A stretch of 31,764 bases of DNA, from assembly GCA_018896985.1 (NCBI GenBank), contig JAHILQ010000287.1, positions 1 to 31,764 on the forward strand. The letters run 5' to 3'. The notes beneath the pieces are model-generated. The model made no database searches. It saw only the letters and a list, made by a program, of their open reading frames with translations, and had not been told where the DNA came from. This stretch comes from Nitrospinota bacterium. GTDB lineage: Bacteria; Nitrospirota; Thermodesulfovibrionia; Thermodesulfovibrionales; UBA1546. Numbering within the stretch: position 1 is the stretch's first letter; the number at the start of each line of letters is the position of its first letter. Shown piece by piece: positions 27,476 to 31,764 of the stretch. Position numbers and translations under genes: made by a program.

Positions 27476-28360
27476 TTAAGCACGTTTTTTAAAGGGATGC
27501 TTCTTAGTTGTTCTACGATATTTTGCAGGTGGCTCAAGTATCAACATCTGCTGGTCATGGAAGATTTGGTTGTACTGCCGAAGTTTGAGTTTATATTCCT
27601 TGCCAATAAATCCTTTTTCAAGTCTGTCTATAATCATCCTATGATATTTTTCATCTAGCTCAGCAGATATAAAATTTCGCCCTAACTCTTTACAAAGACA
27701 TATTTCCGAACCACTACCACCAAAAAGTACTAAAACTGTATCACCTTTAAGTGTGCAAGATTTTATCAGCATTTCTGATAACTTCTGAGGTATCTGACAC
27801 GCATGAAAAGTTTTTTCTTTGCTTACATTTTTTACTAGATCAAAGTAGAACCAGCTATAAGGCATCCTTCCCTTTGAACCATTAGCAATATTACTAAGAA
27901 TTCTTTTATCAGTAGGATTCTTGTATGGTTCTGCCACATTGTCTTTATAAAACTTATTATACTTTGATTTTCTGCAATGGAGTATGCTCCTGTGTGCAGT
28001 TGTAAACCTCTTAGGGGTATGACCAACATTAGTATTATATAGCCAAATATATTCATGCGCATCATAACATGCGCTATCCAAATATTTGACTCTGAGATAG
28101 GCGTTTTGTTTAGGATAGTTCATTAAAAATATATTCCCTTCTTTTTTTAGAACTCTCAAGCATTCCTTCGACAACTCTGTATACCATTCTATATATTCAT
28201 CAAACCCTCGGGTGTAAGATTTATCATTGTATTTTATTCCTACATTATAGTCAGGGTCACCAAAAACCATATCGATGCTTTCCGAAGGAAGAATCCTGAG
28301 CAACTCCATGATGTCTACATTAAAAACTTTGTTTAAGAATTGATTAATATCATTTCTCAT
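27476..28360 (-). CDS. Beta-class amino (N4-C/N6-A) DNA methyltransferase with variant motifs
   Basis: SIDMVFGDPDYN (motif IV variant) near the N-terminus, HACQIPQKL, VLVLFGGSGS (motif I variant), RNFISAELD. Confidence 0.85.
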   Translation of the reverse strand: MRNDINQFLNKVFNVDIMELLRILPSESIDMVFGDPDYNVGIKYNDKSYTRGFDEYIEWYTELSKECLRVLKKEGNIFLMNYPKQNAYLRVKYLDSACYDAHEYIWLYNTNVGHTPKRFTTAHRSILHCRKSKYNKFYKDNVAEPYKNPTDKRILSNIANGSKGRMPYSWFYFDLVKNVSKEKTFHACQIPQKLSEMLIKSCTLKGDTVLVLFGGSGSEICLCKELGRNFISAELDEKYHRMIIDRLEKGFIGKEYKLKLRQYNQIFHDQQMLILEPPAKYRRTTKKHPFKKRA

Positions 28361-28366
28361 ACTGCA

Positions 28367-29143
28367 TTACCGTTTAATCATATTATATTGAGCACTCTTT
28401 AGTATTTTTATTGAACTCATATCGTTTTCATCTTCAAATGTGTAGTTATACAATCTCAGGACAGAGTTTCCTCTGTCTCTTTTCCTTAGAACATAACAGC
28501 ATGTAATCATTTCTACTTCCAATTTCTTTTCACGCTTCAACATAGAATAATATTTAAAGGGGTGAAATAGTTGATAAACTGCAAAATCTCTTGGGAATCC
28601 GTTTTTCCCTTCAAAAATTGTCACCACTCCATGCAACTCCATTGTTAAATCTATTTCCATTTGAAGATTTCTTGTTGAAATTTTTTGTTTTCCAACACGA
28701 TAAGATATGGTCATTTTAGTCCTTCTTGCGTTATAAACTTTTGGGCTGGCAACAATGTCCTCATAAAGAAAATCGTGTATTATCCTCTGGTTGCTCGCAA
28801 CAGACAATATATTTGATTCGCTTGTATCAAATTCATTTAAAATGCTTTTACGATATTTCCAGTCAACGATTTTATTTTCATCAATTTCCTCAAAAATATG
28901 AAAGCCATTACTTATACCTTTGACAAACTTATGCCTGCCTTCTCCCAAATGCAGGATAAAGCAATCTTTATCTATAAGCAGTTCTGGTAATTTAGTAGTA
29001 TCGTCAAATTTTGTAGCATCAAAAGGATTTGCAAAATTGAATTTTTTACAGACTTGTTTCACTAAATCATTATCAAAGACGGTATCTTGTTTATCTTTGC
29101 AGAGTTTATAAATCTTTGTAATTACATCCTGCTTAGTTCCCAT
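28367..29143 (-). CDS. Putative PD-(D/E)xK restriction endonuclease
   Basis: QMEID...IFEGKN pattern; 6 nt upstream of the MTase; ATG 29143 with GAGGAG RBS. Confidence 0.65.
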   Translation of the reverse strand: MGTKQDVITKIYKLCKDKQDTVFDNDLVKQVCKKFNFANPFDATKFDDTTKLPELLIDKDCFILHLGEGRHKFVKGISNGFHIFEEIDENKIVDWKYRKSILNEFDTSESNILSVASNQRIIHDFLYEDIVASPKVYNARRTKMTISYRVGKQKISTRNLQMEIDLTMELHGVVTIFEGKNGFPRDFAVYQLFHPFKYYSMLKREKKLEVEMITCCYVLRKRDRGNSVLRLYNYTFEDENDMSSIKILKSAQYNMIKR

Positions 29144-29157
29144 TTTCAACTCCTCAT

Positions 29158-29262
29158 TTACTCAGGGCTCATGTCTTCAACGATTTCTATGTCCTCTTCT
29201 TCGCCGTGAGCCGCTACCTCAACGCGACCAGCAAATTTAAAATCTATAAAGAATCTGGACAT
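29158..29262 (-). CDS. 34-aa small ORF
   Basis: MSRFFIDFKFAGRVEVAAHGEEEDIEIVEDMSPE; CAGGAGG 6 nt before the ATG; fills the gap between two co-oriented genes. Confidence 0.45.
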   Translation of the reverse strand: MSRFFIDFKFAGRVEVAAHGEEEDIEIVEDMSPE

Positions 29263-29278
29263 GGACAACCTCCTGCAT

Positions 29279-29548
29279 TCATTTACATCCGCCATTCTCA
29301 GAACTGTCTTTATAATCATCTATGTAGAAGTATGTTCTTTCCTCATTCCTCAATTGTAAGCAGAATACTTCGTTAAAATTTGTTTCTAATAAGTAATCAT
29401 TCCCTTTTAGCATATTTTCAAACGCCTCTGGCGCATCATTACCTTTACCAAATCCTACAACCTGACAATTTTCTATATCAGGCTCAGCAAAATCACTATC
29501 TGGCTGAAAAGTGTAACCTTCGGTTGTAATAAAAATATACGATTTCAT
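29279..29548 (-). CDS. Small acidic hypothetical protein
   Basis: 89-aa ORF starting 2 nt after the upstream stop. Confidence 0.65.
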   Translation of the reverse strand: MKSYIFITTEGYTFQPDSDFAEPDIENCQVVGFGKGNDAPEAFENMLKGNDYLLETNFNEVFCLQLRNEERTYFYIDDYKDSSENGGCK

Positions 29549-29550
29549 AA

Positions 29551-30285
29551 TTAAAAATTTAGGTTCTCTTCTAATCTTGTAATTTCATGTGTTTTTGTAT
29601 GCCACTCGGACAAATGAAGATAACTCAGAAATTGTGTTCTCTTCTGAATTGGGACAAATGCATTCAAAGACACTTTTTCTTCAAATTCTCTCTTTCTTAC
29701 TTCATCAGCCACAATATAAAATTTCACACTAAAATCTTGAATTTCCAAAAATTTTAACAGGGAGTTTTGAATAGTGGTTGAGTATTCAATTTCAAATAAC
29801 GCGTATGGCATTTTTCTTATATTAAACCAGCTAACATCAATTGTTTTAGCTTTTCGCAATATGCTATCGTATGTAAATTTATAAAACTCTTCAACAGTAG
29901 ATATTTCACCCAGTTTTTTGTTTAAATAAATTTTATTCTTGTCCTGGTTTGGGACAAAGGTTTGAAATCTTTTCAGGTTCCCAATTTCAACGAGTAGTCC
30001 TTGATAATAGGTGTGAGTAAATTCTTCCTGTTTCGGTTTGGATATTTCTTTTGTTGGTAAGATATTGGAAGGTAACCTATCTTTATATGTTTTTAAAGCC
30101 CATAAGCCAGGTCTTATTTTAAAGAAGAATCTTTCATCCTGAACAATACGACGAATGGTTGCAAATGGTGTTTTTGTTTTCCATTCACAAGCTCTTATTT
30201 TCAGTGCATTTTGATAAAGATATCCCAAAGTTGCATAGCCACCATTTCCCTCCATTGCTTTAATTACAGCTTCATACTGATGCAT
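29551..30285 (-). CDS. N-terminal winged-HTH (HARE-HTH-like) + restriction-endonuclease-like domain
   Basis: KTPFATIRRIVQ..FFKIRPGLWAL (wHTH); HTYYQGLLVEIG, IDVSW..FEIEYST (PD-ExE-type motif); TAATG coupling with the upstream gene. Confidence 0.65.
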   Translation of the reverse strand: MHQYEAVIKAMEGNGGYATLGYLYQNALKIRACEWKTKTPFATIRRIVQDERFFFKIRPGLWALKTYKDRLPSNILPTKEISKPKQEEFTHTYYQGLLVEIGNLKRFQTFVPNQDKNKIYLNKKLGEISTVEEFYKFTYDSILRKAKTIDVSWFNIRKMPYALFEIEYSTTIQNSLLKFLEIQDFSVKFYIVADEVRKREFEEKVSLNAFVPIQKRTQFLSYLHLSEWHTKTHEITRLEENLNF

Positions 30286-30590
30286 TATTGAAACTCCATG
30301 ATTAAATCTTCAAGGTTATTATCTTTTATATACAATGTCCCCGAGACATTATTAAGACTTGTATTTATTTGTATTGGGTTAGACAAATCCGCATATATAG
30401 CTTTTTCTTCTATAAAGTTGCCTATAAAGTCTATCTCGGTTGTATCAAAAACTTTTCTAATTTGTGATACTTGAATATCTTCCTTTCTCTTATAGGTAAG
30501 ATTTATTTCTTGGACGGGTCCCGCTTCTTTACAATATTTTTTATGAAGCCCTTCGTTAAGTAATTTATAAAAAACATTCCTATCCATCAT
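30285..30590 (-). CDS. Hypothetical protein
   Basis: ORF track 30285..30605; ATG 30590 with AGGTGGG upstream; stop overlaps the next start. Confidence 0.6.
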   Translation of the reverse strand: MMDRNVFYKLLNEGLHKKYCKEAGPVQEINLTYKRKEDIQVSQIRKVFDTTEIDFIGNFIEEKAIYADLSNPIQINTSLNNVSGTLYIKDNNLEDLIMEFQ

Positions 30591-30716
30591 ATTCCCACCT
30601 TTCAATTACCCCTTCCCAGTATGATGCCCCTACTGATTTAATTTTATACTAATACATATTAATTCTACAATTATAAAAGCAGGGTTCATTTTAAAGGGAG
30701 GACATCATCAAGGTTC

Positions 30717-30732
30717 AGCACAACTGCAAGGC
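30717..30732 (+). repeat. 16-bp direct repeat, copy 1
   Basis: AGCACAACTGCAAGGC, identical to 31603-31618. Confidence 0.8.
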
Positions 30733-30904
30733 AACGGGCTTCTGGGTCAAGAAATCAAAGCTCTACAACTTTCTCCTCATCATGCATGAGCATCTGTTTG
30801 TGTTTCAGAAAAATAGCGCCGTAGTGCCATAGAACCTTAGCCCTATAGCGCAGAAGTGTCAGCCTGTCAAAAGGTCATGTCAGCACACATTATTAAATTT
30901 CCAC

Positions 30905-30952
30905 TTGATTTTTTGATACACGCGGTATATTATTTGATACAAATGTATCAAA
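30905..30952 (+). promoter_or_regulatory. Sigma70 promoter plus palindromic operator overlapping the start codon
   Basis: TTGATT-17 nt-TATTAT (30905-30933); palindrome TTTGATACA-AA-TGTATCAAA (30933-30952) covers ATG 30943; extra half-site TTTGATACA inside the spacer. Confidence 0.7.
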
Positions 30953-31491
30953 AACTAACACAGCTCAATGTCCTTTCACTTTTTATGGACAACCCTTATG
31001 AGAAGTACTATCTCAGGGAGGCTGCGCGGCTGCTCAATATGAGCCCAATGACTCTTAAACGTACGCTTGAACTCCTCTTAAAGAGTAAACTTATCCGGAA
31101 AGAAAAAACAAAGAATCAGATTCTGTATTCAGCAAACACGCAAAATCTCGCATTCAGGCATCTCAAAATTTCCCGCAGCCTCTCGTGGCTTGAGGATAAA
31201 AATCTCATCGAATTTCTGAAAAAACGCATACCCGGAATCAGTTCAATAGTGCTTTACGGCAGTTATGCAAAAGGAGAGGATGATAAGAAAAGCGATATAG
31301 ATATTATGGTTATCTCTCCTGCGAAAAAAGACTTGCTTCCTGAACTTGACAAGCTCCTCGGAAAAGAGGTGAACCTCTCTGTTTTCAGTGCTGCGGAATG
31401 GAGCAGACAGGCTAAAGCAAACAGGGCTTTTTATCTTGATGTTATAACAGAGGGGATTGTGCTCTATGGAACAAGGCCAGTGGTTGAATGA
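30943..31491 (+). CDS. wHTH + minimal nucleotidyltransferase (MntA-like antitoxin/regulator)
   Basis: Start moved to MYQKLTQ; HTH YLREAARLLNMSPMTLKRTLELL; GSYAKG..SDIDIMVI; KEVNL. Confidence 0.88.
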   Translation: MYQKLTQLNVLSLFMDNPYEKYYLREAARLLNMSPMTLKRTLELLLKSKLIRKEKTKNQILYSANTQNLAFRHLKISRSLSWLEDKNLIEFLKKRIPGISSIVLYGSYAKGEDDKKSDIDIMVISPAKKDLLPELDKLLGKEVNLSVFSAAEWSRQAKANRAFYLDVITEGIVLYGTRPVVE

Positions 31492-31604
31492 ATATCAAAG
31501 AATGTTTTGAAAAAAGGCTCTTAAGAAAAGGCAGGGCAGATGATTCAATAGAAAAAGCAATGTCATTCATCAATAAAATTTCCCATATTCTCAATAAAAA
31601 TTAG
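31488..31604 (+). pseudogene. HEPN toxin remnant (N- and C-termini fused, core missing)
   Basis: 38 aa MNIKECFEKRLLRKGRADDSIEKAMSFINKISHILNKN; ATGA overlap with the MNT stop; no R-X4-H motif. Confidence 0.65.
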
Positions 31605-31618
31605 CACAACTGCAAGGC
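31603..31618 (+). repeat. 16-bp direct repeat, copy 2
   Basis: AGCACAACTGCAAGGC. Confidence 0.8.
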
Positions 31619-31683
31619 GCCCGGATGTAGTTTTATCTATTGCCATCTTTAGGGTATAATGTAATTAAGACAGAGGTGAAAAT

Positions 31684-31764
31684 TTGAAAAAGCAGCCACT
31701 AAAACCAAACGGCAAAAATATCGAGATTGCACTTGAGCTTCTCGAACTCTCCTTAACCCTGAAA
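31684..31764 (+). CDS. 5' end of a gene truncated by the window edge
   Basis: TATAAT at 31655-31660, GAGGTG RBS, TTG start, open frame MKKQPLKPNGKNIEIALELLELSLTLK to the end. Confidence 0.5.
   Translation, partial: MKKQPLKPNGKNIEIALELLELSLTLK

Noticed and set aside
26542-30590. Integron cassette array interpretation of the co-oriented minus-strand genes
   Set aside because: No attC-like RYYYAAC/GTTRRRY pairs between the genes, several genes are translationally coupled, and no integrase is in view.
30685-30820. Minus-strand frame ...HDEEKVVEL*FLDPEARCLAVVLNLDDVLPLK* with faint DUF4926-like flavour
   Set aside because: It has an internal stop, no start signal and only impressionistic similarity.
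1-31764. CRISPR array, tRNA, rRNA, transposase, integrase or prophage genes
   Set aside because: No regularly spaced repeat-spacer units, cloverleaf or rRNA-like sequence, or DDE/tyrosine/serine recombinase motifs were seen by eye.

Overview
Bacterial chromosomal window in which core genes (ychF, ruvB, ruvA, smc, a cold-shock gene, greB; all minus strand) alternate with accessory blocks. (1) 1-8490: a giant soluble TPR/histidine-kinase-like protein and a sigma54 enhancer-binding response regulator, followed by a membrane coiled-coil gene and a truncated partner. The two operons carry near-identical sigma54 promoter architectures with paired TCTA-N5-TAGA upstream sites, which suggests a self-amplifying regulon. 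This is the best candidate for an undescribed system. (2) 8.7-9.7 kb: an MntA/HepT toxin-antitoxin pair next to a trpC 3' relic. (3) 12.6-20.4 kb, between smc and ruvA: an orphan antitoxin, a tightly coupled XRE-ImmA / DUF4411-like PIN / nuclease-RecQ / coiled-coil operon (second candidate, defence-like) and a frameshifted DUF1016 gene. (4) 25.9-31.8 kb: a RelE-like TA pair, a NERD gene between direct repeats, a restriction-modification-like cluster, and a wHTH-MNT gene whose HEPN partner appears internally deleted. Small repeats have inserted in frame into core genes: a 60-bp palindromic element with a 6-bp target duplication in ruvB and a heptamer array in smc. No rRNA, tRNA, CRISPR array, integrase or transposase was seen. 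All family assignments come from motif recognition by eye, not database searches.
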